From an uncultured bacterium (lineage in GTDB: Bacteria > Patescibacteriota > Minisyncoccia > Phycocordibacterales > PALSA-1337): a stretch of DNA of 64,000 bases. Location of the stretch: the NCBI GenBank assembly GCA_963701025.1, contig OY969557.1, positions 170,405-234,404 on the forward strand, written 5' to 3'. A model generated the notes under the pieces. That model was not told the origin of the DNA, did no database searches, and saw only the letters and a program-made list of their open reading frames with translations. A program made the position numbers and the translations under genes. Shown in pieces: positions 41,797 to 52,129 of this stretch (position 1 is its first letter; each line of letters opens with the position of its first letter).

Positions 41797-42936
41797 TTAC
41801 TTCTCGTGTTCCAGAGCTATATTCAAGACCGCTTCGGCGATGACGGCCGCGCTGTCGAGGCGGGCAAAGGCCTTTGCCCGGTCGCGCATCGTGCCGCTGA
41901 TGGCCGGAGAGCCGGTGATACGCCTTATCTCCTCGATGAGGACGTGGGAGGTCAGATTGTTCTCCTCTATGATGGAAGCGGCTCCGGTCTCGGCATAGGC
42001 GAAGGCGTTGGCGGTCTGGTCATGGCTTATGGAATGCGGCAGAGGGATGATGATGGACGGCACGCCCCAGGCGGCTATCTCGAATATGGTCGATCCTGCA
42101 CGGGAGACGATGACCGTGGACGCGCCAGCCGACATACGCAAGGCTAATTCATCGAGATAATCAAAAGGATGGTAGCGATATCCGTACGGGTGGTCTTTGA
42201 GCATGACCGAGGTCGTGGCTTTGATCTCTTCGAGATTCGCCCGGCCTGTCTGGTGGATGATCTGATAGCTGTTGAGCAATTCCGGCAGGGCTTGGACGAT
42301 GACGTCGTTGATGGACTGGGCTCCCTGCGATCCTCCGAGAACGAGGACGACCGGCGTACCGGCTTCCAATTTGAGAAATTCAAAAGCCCCGTTGGTGAGC
42401 GGCGTGGCGATCTCGCCGCGGATGGGGTTGCCGGTATAGGCGATCTTTTCGGCCGCGCCTTTGACCTTGAAATACTTCACCGCGCTCGGATATGAAAGAG
42501 CTATCCTCCGGGCGAACTTCCCTGCCCAGGCATTGACCCGGCCGGGATGGCTGTCAGACTCGTGTATGACCACGGGGATGCCGAGGAGACGGGCGGCCAC
42601 AAGCGGCGGGAAGCTCGTGTAGCCGCCTTTACTGAATATGACGTCCGGGTATATCGAATACATCTTTATGATAGCCGTGAGACAGCCGAATATGGTCTTG
42701 AAGATGTCGGTGAAATTGAGCAGAGAGAAATAGCGCCGCATCTTGCCAGCCGGCACATAGACGAATTCTATCTCCGCGTCGAACAGGGCGCGCGGATTGT
42801 ACTTCGCCGGGGCCATGAAATAGAGCTTCGGCGGAAGGATCTTGCGCTCCCTGGCCCGAGCCTGCACGGCCTGCGCCACCGCGATGATCGGATAGAAATG
42901 CCCGCCCGTGCCGCCGCCGACGAAGAGGATTTTCAT
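41797..42936 (-). CDS. murG: UDP-GlcNAc:lipid I transferase
   Basis: GGGTGGH, KGGY, GNPIR, GGSQGA and SRAG motifs. Confidence 0.96.
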   Translation of the reverse strand: MKILFVGGGTGGHFYPIIAVAQAVQARARERKILPPKLYFMAPAKYNPRALFDAEIEFVYVPAGKMRRYFSLLNFTDIFKTIFGCLTAIIKMYSIYPDVIFSKGGYTSFPPLVAARLLGIPVVIHESDSHPGRVNAWAGKFARRIALSYPSAVKYFKVKGAAEKIAYTGNPIRGEIATPLTNGAFEFLKLEAGTPVVLVLGGSQGAQSINDVIVQALPELLNSYQIIHQTGRANLEEIKATTSVMLKDHPYGYRYHPFDYLDELALRMSAGASTVIVSRAGSTIFEIAAWGVPSIIIPLPHSISHDQTANAFAYAETGAASIIEENNLTSHVLIEEIRRITGSPAISGTMRDRAKAFARLDSAAVIAEAVLNIALEHEK

Positions 42937-43200
42937 ATAGGCCTTATTTTACCTTGAATAGTGGTGCGGCGCAAAAACCTTCATTTGAGCCGCAAGGAAG
43001 TTGTTCATTAAAATTGTAAGAGGGGGCTGGGTATTCCTACGATATCCCAGGGTGACGAAAAATCTTCGTCAACGGCTCAAAATAAGGTTTGACGATAAAA
43101 GTTCGTCACCCCCAGTTAGAGGTACATATGTCTGTTGCCTCATTTGCCACCGTGAGTAACAGAAATAATACGAGAGACATTTTTTTCCTTTCTTGTATGC

Positions 43201-44298
43201 TTACTTTGAATACTTAGATATGTTAGCGACGATCCCGGCAGCGGCTAATATTATTATGAGGGCCGTTCCCCCATGGGAGACGAAGAGAAGCGGTACGCCG
43301 GAGAGTGGCACCAAGCCGAGCATGGCGGCCATGTTGAGGAACGATTCGGTCACGATGAGCATGGCGATACCGATGGCCGTCATGCCGCCGAAAAGATCGG
43401 GCGCGCGCGAGCCGATCCGAAAGGCGCCGGCGGCCACGAGGAGATAGAGGACAACGAGCAAGGTCGACCCGACGAAGCCGAACTCCTCCCCCGCCACGGC
43501 GAAGATGGAGTCGTCGGTCGGCTGAGGCAGATAGCCGAATTTCTGTATGCTCTGGCCGAAACCGCGGCCGGTCAGGCCGCCGGAGCCGATGGCGATGAGC
43601 GACTGGTTGATCTGATAGCCGGCGCCTTGGGCGTCTCCGGAGCCCTGTAGGAAGACTTTGACTCGTTCATACGCGTAAGGGCGTACTGCGATGACGCCGA
43701 CGATGGCTATGGCCAGAATGCCTGCGGCCAGAGCCACATGCCGGATCGGCATGCCGGCGACGATGAGCATGATGATGCCGCTAAAGGCGATGATGGCGAA
43801 TGTGTCGGTGTCCGATTGGGCGAGGAGGAGCGCGCCGAGGATGGCCGTTATGATGACATACGGAAGCAGGCCGTATCGAAGCGATCTGATGCGATCTTTG
43901 GCGTATTGTATCCACGCCGCGAAATAGATGATGAAGGCGATCTTCAGGAATTCCGAAGGCTGGAACGAGAGCGGCCCGACATTGATCCACCGGGACGCGC
44001 CGCCGTGATAGAGCGACAGGCCGGGAATGAAGAGGAGCAGATTCAGGCCGATGGCCCCGAGGAATATGAACAAGGCCATATTCTTTAGGAATGTGTATTT
44101 GAGCTTGGAAAAGGCGTAAAAAGCTCCCGCTCCGATGATCAGGCTCGCCGTCTGCTTCAAGGCCACCGTGCCGAAGTTCGCGCCGTTCTGGGTCAGAAGA
44201 CCGAGCGAGGCGGACAGGAATATGACGAAACCGGCCAGCGTGAGCACGCCGATGGAGACGAGCAGGAAACGGTCTATATGGAGCTTGCGCGCGGCCAT
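43201..44298 (-). CDS. ftsW: SEDS peptidoglycan polymerase
   Basis: GASRW, QPSEFLK, IGSGG and GEEFGF motifs; adjacent to murG. Confidence 0.93.
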   Translation of the reverse strand: MAARKLHIDRFLLVSIGVLTLAGFVIFLSASLGLLTQNGANFGTVALKQTASLIIGAGAFYAFSKLKYTFLKNMALFIFLGAIGLNLLLFIPGLSLYHGGASRWINVGPLSFQPSEFLKIAFIIYFAAWIQYAKDRIRSLRYGLLPYVIITAILGALLLAQSDTDTFAIIAFSGIIMLIVAGMPIRHVALAAGILAIAIVGVIAVRPYAYERVKVFLQGSGDAQGAGYQINQSLIAIGSGGLTGRGFGQSIQKFGYLPQPTDDSIFAVAGEEFGFVGSTLLVVLYLLVAAGAFRIGSRAPDLFGGMTAIGIAMLIVTESFLNMAAMLGLVPLSGVPLLFVSHGGTALIIILAAAGIVANISKYSK

Positions 44299-44873
44299 TA
44301 CGCTTCTATTGTAGCATTCGCCGTGTCATCCGCGTGAGAGTCTGATTCGGCGGATCGCTTGAAGGCGGCGATGTCGGAGCGGACCGCGTCATATTCCGGA
44401 AGTTCGACGATCTTCGATATGCCTAGATGAGATAAAAGATCGATGGTCGGCTTGTAGAGATAGCTTCTGGCGTCTTTCGGGTTGTCTATTCTTTCCACCA
44501 GCCCGCGGATGAGGAGCGCGCGCAAGATGAATTGCGAATTGACGCCGCGTATATAGTCTATATCGGAGCGTGAAATAGGTCCTTGATACAGGACGATGGA
44601 AAGAGTCTCGAGACCGGCTTTGCCGAGGTCGTGGGTTAATTCGTCTTTGGTGAGTTTCTCGATCAAAGGAGAAAGCTCTTTGGCCGTGCCAAGCATGACG
44701 TCTTCATCTGTTTGTACGAGCGTCACTCCCCTGCCCCGCAGAGCCGTTTCAAGCTCAACCAAGCCAGCTTTGACTCCTTCGACTTTTTCATCCAAAAGAG
44801 AAGCGAGCTTTTTGACGCTGACAGGTTCAGCTTTCCAAAAGAGGATAGCTTCGATTTTGGCGGACAAATTCAT
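44298..44873 (-). CDS. scpB: SMC-Scp complex subunit ScpB
   Basis: IEAILF, LETLSIVLY and IDYIRGVNS motifs. Confidence 0.93.
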   Translation of the reverse strand: MNLSAKIEAILFWKAEPVSVKKLASLLDEKVEGVKAGLVELETALRGRGVTLVQTDEDVMLGTAKELSPLIEKLTKDELTHDLGKAGLETLSIVLYQGPISRSDIDYIRGVNSQFILRALLIRGLVERIDNPKDARSYLYKPTIDLLSHLGISKIVELPEYDAVRSDIAAFKRSAESDSHADDTANATIEA

Positions 44874-44926
44874 GAGTTTATTATATGTTAATTCGTAATA
44901 TTCGCATACATTCGTGGATTCGGATT

Positions 44927-45646
44927 TCAATACTTCGGCACGCCGACCTCTTTCGTCTCCATCTGTATATCGCCAAAGCTCGCTTCCTGCGTAACATTGA
45001 CTATTCCCTGCTTGACTAGCTCGAGCATGGCCAGAAAGCTGACGATGAAATTGACTTTGTCGCCTTTGTGCTCGTCTGCGAAATCTTTGAAGCTCATTTT
45101 GAGCTGCGTCTGTATGCGCGCGGTCAGATTGCCGATCATGTCCTCGAGGCTGATGACTTTCTCCACGACATGCTTCGGTAGAACTTCCTTTTTCGGCAAT
45201 CGTTTGATGAGGTCTTGCAAAGACAGCAAGGCTTTTTCCAAGGTGAATTCAGGAGAAGGAACGAATACAGGCTCAATGGCTCTGGCTTGCTGTGGAAATA
45301 TCACGTCGCCGCCGAATAATTCTTGGACATACTTGCTCGCTTCTTTTATACGCTTGTAGATTTTGAGTCGCGTCTCGAGATCGCGGATGTCGCCTTGTTC
45401 CTCGTCGGTCAGATTAAGTTCCGGCAAGAGCGACTTTGACTTGATGAGGAGCAGGGTCGAAGCGACCAGAATGAAGTGGGCTGATTCGCCGATCGGCATA
45501 TTCCCGGATCCTTTTACATGTTCGATGAAATCGTCGGTGACTTTGGCTAGGGACACGTCGCCTATGAATAGCTTGCGCTTCTCGATGAGGTCAAGAAGAA
45601 GGTCGAGGGGGCCTTCGAAGGCTGTGGTTTTGACGGTGAAAGGCAC
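44927..45646 (-). CDS. scpA: Segregation/condensation protein A
   Basis: FEGPLDLLL, KSKSLLP and FLAMLEL motifs. Confidence 0.95.
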   Translation of the reverse strand: MPFTVKTTAFEGPLDLLLDLIEKRKLFIGDVSLAKVTDDFIEHVKGSGNMPIGESAHFILVASTLLLIKSKSLLPELNLTDEEQGDIRDLETRLKIYKRIKEASKYVQELFGGDVIFPQQARAIEPVFVPSPEFTLEKALLSLQDLIKRLPKKEVLPKHVVEKVISLEDMIGNLTARIQTQLKMSFKDFADEHKGDKVNFIVSFLAMLELVKQGIVNVTQEASFGDIQMETKEVGVPKY

Positions 45647-45681
45647 GAGAAAATTCCTAATTAATCTAATTGACCTAATTC

Positions 45682-46689
45682 CTAAATAACACCTATAGCT
45701 TTCTTGACTGCCAAAAGCTTCTTGGAGGCCTTATCATTGGCCCTTCGCGCTCCTTCAGCTAGGATATCCATGACTGCTTGCTCATCCAAAGCGAGCTTGG
45801 CCCGGCGTTCGCGCATGGGCTTGATGAAGGCGTCAATGTCCTCGATCAAGGCTTCTTTGAGCGCCTTATATTTGCCCTTATTGGCTTCGTAGAGATCTTT
45901 GAGATCCGATTCCGGCCGGAAGAGCTTGTGGATGTTGTAGACATTCACAGGAATGCCTGTCTGGCCGGCAGACAGACTGCCGGCTTCTGGGCCGTTCGAA
46001 TCGGTGACTATGCCCATGACGGCTTTTTGAATTTCTTCGCGTGAAGCAAAAAGCGGGATTGTGTTGTTGTAGCTTTTCGACATTTTCTGGCCATCCGTGC
46101 CGGGCACGACAGCCACCTCTTTCAAAATGATCGGCTCGGGCAGTTTGAAAACCCCTGCCTGATCGGCAGGTAGGTCACTCTTGAATATGTGATTGAATTT
46201 TAGGGCGATGTCGCGGGCGTATTCGACATGCTGTTTTTGGTCAGCGCCGACAGGCACGACGTCGGTGTCATAGAGCAGAATGTCCGCGGCCATGAGCACT
46301 GGATAATTGAAGGTGCCTACGCTGATCTCCTTGTTTTTGGCTTCAGCGTCTTTAAAGGCATGGGCGCGCATGAGGTACGGCATGGTGACGATGGTGTCAA
46401 AAATCCACGCAAGCTCGGTATGAGCCGAGACGTCGCTCTGCTTGAAAATGATCGATTTCTTCGGGTCGAGACCGATGGCGAGATAGTCGAGAGCCAGTTC
46501 CAGAGTCAGCTTGCGCATCTCGTCCCTGTCCTGGATGAGGTTGAGGCCGTGATAATCGGCGATCATGAAGAAATAGTCGAATTGGCCTAGAGTCTGCGCG
46601 TCCACGAATTGTTTCATAGCCCCGAAATAGTTGCCGATATGGGCCGTGCCCGTCGGTTTGACGCCGGAAAGTAGGATTTTCTTGGACAT
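45682..46689 (-). CDS. trpS: Tryptophan--tRNA ligase
   Basis: HIGN, YPVLMAADIL, VPVGADQ and KMSKS motifs. Confidence 0.97.
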   Translation of the reverse strand: MSKKILLSGVKPTGTAHIGNYFGAMKQFVDAQTLGQFDYFFMIADYHGLNLIQDRDEMRKLTLELALDYLAIGLDPKKSIIFKQSDVSAHTELAWIFDTIVTMPYLMRAHAFKDAEAKNKEISVGTFNYPVLMAADILLYDTDVVPVGADQKQHVEYARDIALKFNHIFKSDLPADQAGVFKLPEPIILKEVAVVPGTDGQKMSKSYNNTIPLFASREEIQKAVMGIVTDSNGPEAGSLSAGQTGIPVNVYNIHKLFRPESDLKDLYEANKGKYKALKEALIEDIDAFIKPMRERRAKLALDEQAVMDILAEGARRANDKASKKLLAVKKAIGVI

Positions 46690-46719
46690 GGGTAAATGAT
46701 AACAGAAAATGGGAAAATC

Positions 46720-47691
46720 TTATATCCCCTCCCCCTTCAATTCATCAACCAGCCTCTGGGCATTCTTGCTCAACTTTTTCGGCATTTGGACATGTGTGAC
46801 GACAAGCAGATCTCCTCGCTTTTGATGCGACGAGCCAGTGAAAGCGCCACGGGTTTCGTAAGGCACGCCTTTGCCTTTGATGCGAAGGATTTCGCCATGC
46901 GAAGTGCCAACAGGAATCTTAAGTTCGATCGTACCATCTACTTCAGGATTCAATGCCTTGATATCCACAGTTCCACCGGTCAGGGCCGTAGTGAGCTTGA
47001 CGGGCAGGTCCATGACGAGATTGAAACCTTCTTTACGGAAGCTCGGGTGCTCTTCGACCCAGACGCGGACGATAAGATCGCCCGGATTCCCACCTTCTGA
47101 CGCAGATGGCTCGCCTTTTCCTGCCACGCGCAAGCCTTGGCCGCTCTCGATGCCCGGCGGGATCTTGACCACCAGCTTTTCCTTGCGGCCGCCGATAGAA
47201 AGTTCTTTCTCAACGCCGAAAATCGAATCCTTAAAGGAAATCTGGATATCGACAGTCACATTCATGCCCTTTCTTACGCGCCGTCTGCCGCCTCCGCCAC
47301 CAAAGAAATCGCCGAACAGGTCGCCGAGGTCGAATTCGAATGATTGGCCGTCGCCGCCGAAGCCCTGGCCTTGGGTGAATTGTGAAAAGTCGAAGCCGCC
47401 AAACCCTTGACCGCCATTGAATCCTCCGAAGCCTCCCTGGAATCCCCCTGTGCCCGCATTGAAACCTGCGCCACCTGGCCCTGCCGAACCGAACCTGTCA
47501 TATTGCGCGCGCTTGGTGTCGTCAGAAAGCACCGCGTAGGCCTCGCTGGCTTCTTTGAACTTCTTTGAAGCCTCGTCATTGCCCTTGTTCTTGTCAGGGT
47601 GATACCGGTGGGCGAGCTTGTAGAAGGCCTTTTTCAGGTCTTCTTTCGAGGCGGTTTTCTCGACGCCGAGGGTTTTGTAATAGTCTTTCAT
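46720..47691 (-). CDS. dnaJ: DnaJ-family chaperone lacking the zinc-finger domain
   Basis: J domain with HPD, G/F region and C-terminal domain; no CxxCxGxG repeats. Confidence 0.9.
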   Translation of the reverse strand: MKDYYKTLGVEKTASKEDLKKAFYKLAHRYHPDKNKGNDEASKKFKEASEAYAVLSDDTKRAQYDRFGSAGPGGAGFNAGTGGFQGGFGGFNGGQGFGGFDFSQFTQGQGFGGDGQSFEFDLGDLFGDFFGGGGGRRRVRKGMNVTVDIQISFKDSIFGVEKELSIGGRKEKLVVKIPPGIESGQGLRVAGKGEPSASEGGNPGDLIVRVWVEEHPSFRKEGFNLVMDLPVKLTTALTGGTVDIKALNPEVDGTIELKIPVGTSHGEILRIKGKGVPYETRGAFTGSSHQKRGDLLVVTHVQMPKKLSKNAQRLVDELKGEGI

Positions 47692-47758
47692 TGTCTTAAT
47701 CTCAAGGCTTTGTCTATAGTCGCCAAATAGATTATGTAATCACTTTTCTTTTAAAATC

Positions 47759-48085
47759 TTATACACCGAACAGCTTCTTCAACTTTACATCCACTTCGGT
47801 AAGCAATGGCGACTCCAACATGCCGAGCTCGCCCATTACGATCTTTTTCTGCAGGGTGGCAATCTTGTCGACTTTTATAAGTGAATCCCCCTTCAAGCCG
47901 TTTTCCGGCGAATGGACTGCTTTAATTTCAAATCTACCCGTTTTTTCAGCGACTCGCGATGATATGAAGCTTACAATGCAATCTTCGCCGCCTTTGTTAT
48001 CATATAGGACCAAGGCTGGCCTGACTTTCTGTCCCGACAAGTCAGTGAATGGAAAAGGTATAAGCACTATGGTTCCTTTATGCAT
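47759..48085 (-). CDS. PemK/MazF family toxin
   Basis: GTIVLIPFPFTDLSGQKVRPALV motif. Confidence 0.9.
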   Translation of the reverse strand: MHKGTIVLIPFPFTDLSGQKVRPALVLYDNKGGEDCIVSFISSRVAEKTGRFEIKAVHSPENGLKGDSLIKVDKIATLQKKIVMGELGMLESPLLTEVDVKLKKLFGV

Positions 48086-48329
48086 ATCGTTTCTTGAGGT
48101 CTTTTAGCGAATAAATATCTGGTTCTTTGGATAAGAAATCGAAGCTGGCGGAATTGGCGTTCACGTTGGTCATCTCATCTAACCCGTCGTTTTCGGCGTT
48201 TGGAAATCTCATTAAGATGGCATCTATGGAATTGCGCCTGCCGATGCCGAAGACTTCCCCGCCGTATTTGACGCGATTGACGAGACGGCTCATATTCTTG
48301 CGTGCGTTGGTTGTGGTGATGATTTTCAT
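48078..48329 (-). CDS. Phd/YefM-like antitoxin
   Basis: MKIITTTNARKNMSRLVNRV N-terminus; C-terminal EPDIYS; overlaps the toxin start. Confidence 0.75.
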   Translation of the reverse strand: MKIITTTNARKNMSRLVNRVKYGGEVFGIGRRNSIDAILMRFPNAENDGLDEMTNVNANSASFDFLSKEPDIYSLKDLKKRYA

Positions 48330-48331
48330 AG

Positions 48332-48346
48332 TGTACATAGTGTACA
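48332..48346. promoter_or_regulatory. Tandem TGTACA operator of the TA operon
   Basis: TGTACA at 48332 and 48341, directly upstream of the antitoxin ATG; this is the known yefM-yoeB operator core. Confidence 0.6.
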
Positions 48347-48515
48347 TAATAGCTATTTTAATTGCAACTTGACACTATTTCCCATCCATGCCATCCTTTA
48401 TTTCAGACGGTAACTCGCAGATCGCTTTGTTAATGCGGCGCATCGTGCGCGGCATGGGCGAGGTGCGAGAAGTTGGAAACAATTGACAATTGGCTCTTGA
48501 AAGGAAGCCACGATT

Positions 48516-48815
48516 ATGATTGGTGGACTTACAGAAACACAAATGGCAGAGCTAAACGACCTTAACAGCCAAGTCTCAAAAGAAATCCATGATTTTGAGG
48601 AACTGGCTGACAAGATCGCAACGCTCCAATCGAAGATTGCTAATCTTACTCATCCGCTGTCCATTGAAGGACGTGTAGCCAGAGTCGGAGCAGTTCGAAT
48701 GGCCCTCAACGCTCGAGATGAATCACGAGCCACGCGCCTCGTTGAGAAATTCTGTCTTGAGGAAGACTCGGACGAGGTCGTCTGGAAAGAACTAAATGGC
48801 TTATTGGGCAGATGA
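48516..48815 (+). CDS. Hypothetical coiled-coil protein
   Basis: 99 aa, followed by a long hairpin and T-run at about 48831-48898. Confidence 0.65.
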   Translation: MIGGLTETQMAELNDLNSQVSKEIHDFEELADKIATLQSKIANLTHPLSIEGRVARVGAVRMALNARDESRATRLVEKFCLEEDSDEVVWKELNGLLGR

Positions 48816-48900
48816 GAATCTCACAAAGTTCCCTCGTTGACTCCCCCGATCACGCCGTTTTGGCGAAAAATCGGGAGAGCTGACGAGGGTCTTTTTTTGT

Positions 48901-49014
48901 CCCTATGCGAAAATGACATTTTTGGTGACAGATTCGTGGCTCTATTCAAGTCTGGTTCCGTACCTATACTGAGCGACAAAAGTGTCAGGTAAAGTGTCAT
49001 TATTGCATAGTGGT
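48901..49014. repeat. Nested palindromic mini-element downstream of dnaK (copy 2)
   Basis: Inverted homologue of 13460-13548, with CTATGC..GCATAG ends. Confidence 0.85.
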
Positions 49015-49070
49015 CGGAAATCAATGTGCTGGCCGTGCTAGCCATGCGCGTCGCTCGCGCCGCAACTTAC

Positions 49071-50972
49071 CTATTTCTTTTCCTTAAACTCCGCATCCTT
49101 CACATTATCCGCGCCATCATCTTTTGGAGGAGTCTGGCCGGCTTGAGCCCCACCTTGCGGCGCTTCCTGCTTCATATACTGCCCAATCTTCTGAATCTCA
49201 TCAGACAAAGCAGTCGTAGCCGCCTTTATAGCCGCCAAATCTGGTGTAGCGGAATCCTTGACGCGCTTGAGGTCGGCTATCTTGTCTTCGATAGACTTTC
49301 GCAGGTCAGACGGTACTTTATCCCCTGCTTCTTTCAAAGCCTTTTCGGCGGTGTAGGCAAGCTGCTCGGCTATATTCTTTGCCTCTATAGCTTCCTTCTT
49401 TGCCGCATCGGCAGAAGCATTAAGTTCCGCGTCTTTCTTCATCTTCTCAACCTCTTCCTTGGACAAGCCTGACGAAGCGGTTATCTTTATCGAATTAGAC
49501 TTGCCCGTCGACTTATCTTTAGCTGACACATTAAGAATACCGTTAGCATCAATGTCGAATGTGACCTCTATCTGCGGCATGCCACGAGGGGCTGGAGAAA
49601 TGCCACCGAGATTGAACTGACCGAGAGACTTGTTGTCAGAAGCGAGAGGTCGTTCGCCTTGGGTGATGTGAATGGTCACTTCGGTCTGATTGTCAGCGGC
49701 CGTAGAAAACACCTGCGAGCGCTGTGTTGGAACGGTCGTATTCTTTTCTATAAGCTTCGTGGCAACACCTCCCATGGTCTCTATTCCAAGAGACAGCGGA
49801 ATGACATCGAGCAAGAGCACATCGTGTACATCTCCGCCGAGAATGCCTCCTTGGATAGCCGCACCGACTGCCACCACTTCATCAGGGATTGACGCTCATA
49901 TTCGGCTCCTTGCCGAAGTATGCTTTGACCGCGGCCTGAATAGCCGGCATGCGGGTCTGACCACCGACCAGGATGACTTCGTTGCAAGCTGACCGGTCTT
50001 GAATGGCGAAGCATCCATGGCGCGTTTCGTTATCATCATGGCGCGATCTATGAATCTCGGTGCAGAATTTTCGAGCTGTGCACTGGTGAAAGTGACGAGG
50101 AGGTGCTTCGGTCCGTCAGCACCGCTTGTTATAAACGGGATGTTGATCTCCGTCTGCATGGCCGTAGACAATTCAATCTTTGCCTTTTCGGCGGCTTCGT
50201 CGAGGCGCTGTAAAGCAAGAGCATCTTTTTTGAGATCTACACCATTCTCTTTCTGGAATGTGTCAGCCAGCCAATTGACTATCTTTGCGTCAATGTCGCG
50301 TCCGCCGAGGTGGCTGTCGCCGTCGGTAGACTTCACTTCTATAGTGTCAGCACCGACTTCAAGAACGCTGATGTCGAATGTTCCGCCACCGAAGTCGAAG
50401 ACCGCTATCTTCTCGTCCTTTTTCTTATTGAAGCCGTAGGCCAATGCCGCCGCCGTTGGCTCATTGATGATGCGTTTGACGTCGAGACCTGCGATCTGAC
50501 CGGCGTCTTTGGTAGCCTGGCGTTGGGAGTCGTTAAAGTAAGCCGGAACGGTTATGACCGCCTCTGTTATCTTTTCGCCCAGACGTGTTTCGGCATCTGT
50601 TTTTAATTTTTGAAGTATCATGGCCGAGATTTCTTCCGGTCGCATCCATTTGCCTGCCATGTTCACCTCGATGCCGCCCGAGGCCGATTTGCGTGTCTCG
50701 AATGGCACGTTCTTTATATCTTTCTGCACTCCCGGATCATCATAGGTGTGGCCCATGAAGCGCTTGATCTGGAAGATGGTGTTTTTCGGGTTCGTCACCG
50801 CCTGCCTCTTTGCAAGCAAGCCGACGAGCCTCTCGCCCGTCTTCGATTGGGCGACGATGGAAGGAGTGGTTCTCGCTCCCTCCGCGTTCTCGAGGACCTT
50901 CGGTGTGCCCGCTTCCATGACGGCAACTGCCGAGAAAGTCGTTCCGAGGTCTATTCCGATGATTTTGGACAT
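49071..50972 (-). CDS. dnaK: Chaperone DnaK (frameshifted at about 49890-49990)
   Basis: [37 protein letters not shown] and DAEFKE motifs. Confidence 0.96.
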
Positions 50973-51028
50973 ATTTTTAAGTTAATTTAATGTTGATTTA
51001 TAAGGGTATTTTGAGTATCTGATTTTGC

Positions 51029-51057
51029 TTGACAATATACTTGAGTGGTGCTATAAT
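51029..51057 (+). promoter_or_regulatory. Consensus sigma70 promoter
   Basis: TTGACA-17 bp-TATAAT with extended -10 TG. Confidence 0.85.
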
Positions 51058-51167
51058 ACTGGCAGTTAGGGTTCTTTGAGAATGGTTTAAGCTAGCTTTG
51101 AGGAAGTAGAAATCTTGCTTTTTCGGAGCTAGTTTAAACCACAACAATCTACGAAAGGAAATAAATT

Positions 51168-51449
51168 ATGAACACTGGTAAACAACACAGGACAATCCGT
51201 AACGGAATGTGGCGGGATCCAGAAGGTTCAGTCATCGAAATTACGACTGAGCCCCAAGAACCAATGCCGACCATGCAAGAAATTGATGAGCTTATCTCAA
51301 ACAATTTCCCGGATATTCCACGAGACAAAATCAGAATTAGTTGGGATGTCCGTTGCAGTGGTGCTGGTGCCGGTTTCGTTAATCGCGAAAACCCCCAAAT
51401 CTCTCTCGTCCTTGTTGTCCCTAAGGAATTGGACAAACAAGTCAAATAA
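51168..51449 (+). CDS. Hypothetical protein
   Basis: 93 aa with own promoter, AAGGA upstream and terminator-like hairpin at about 51465-51502. Confidence 0.7.
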   Translation: MNTGKQHRTIRNGMWRDPEGSVIEITTEPQEPMPTMQEIDELISNNFPDIPRDKIRISWDVRCSGAGAGFVNRENPQISLVLVVPKELDKQVK

Positions 51450-51536
51450 TCTGCAGTTATGAATTGCCGCTACAGGACTTAATTCTGGGCGGCTCTTCTT
51501 TTACCTCATTTTCATTTCACACCTAATTTTAATGAA

Positions 51537-51749
51537 CTACCTCACCTCCACTATCTTCGCCGGGCTTTGGTGGCCTTTGACCAATTTGACGGATTTTCCG
51601 GGAAACAATTCTCTCATGATCCGGAGGACTCGCCTGTTAGCCATATTACGCTCGGCTTTTTCACGCACTGACACGAAATAACTATCGTCACTTTTCCTGA
51701 CGACTTTTTCCGCGCGCGCATCTGTAGTGACTCGCACTTTGATGAGCAC
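51537..51749 (-). CDS. DUF167 (YggU) family protein
   Basis: IKVRV, AERNMAN and GHQSPAK motifs. Confidence 0.85.
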   Translation of the reverse strand: MLIKVRVTTDARAEKVVRKSDDSYFVSVREKAERNMANRRVLRIMRELFPGKSVKLVKGHQSPAKIVEVR

Positions 51750-51754
51750 GGGAA

Positions 51755-52081
51755 TTATTTAGAGGAAGGAGCCCTAGTAGGTTGGCTCATAAAGAAATCG
51801 AGCGTTGTATAAGGAGAAACCAGAGAATTGAAAATTGAAAATTGAAAATTGAAAATTGGCTCATAATCATTACCCTTAGAAGGCAGGTAAAGAATCGTGG
51901 CTTTATTTTTCAATCTTGAGTCTTCAATCTTCAATCTGTCCTCGATCGGCTCCATGGAAATGATGCGGCCACGCAAAGCGCCGTTCACCTCAACAACAGC
52001 GAATTGGACGCGCACGAGCCTGCCATCCGGCGCGCGGAGGACTTTTTCATATATGCCTTTGTAGGATGAAGGGATGAGCAT
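51755..52081 (-). CDS. Hypothetical protein containing heptamer repeat tracts
   Basis: ORF with upstream TATAAT; IFNFQFSIFN is encoded by the TTTTCAA repeats. Confidence 0.55.
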   Translation of the reverse strand: MLIPSSYKGIYEKVLRAPDGRLVRVQFAVVEVNGALRGRIISMEPIEDRLKIEDSRLKNKATILYLPSKGNDYEPIFNFQFSIFNSLVSPYTTLDFFMSQPTRAPSSK

Positions 52082-52129
52082 GTTGATTCGGCTATTATAA
52101 CCTCGACTGGTGGACAAGGGACATTATTC

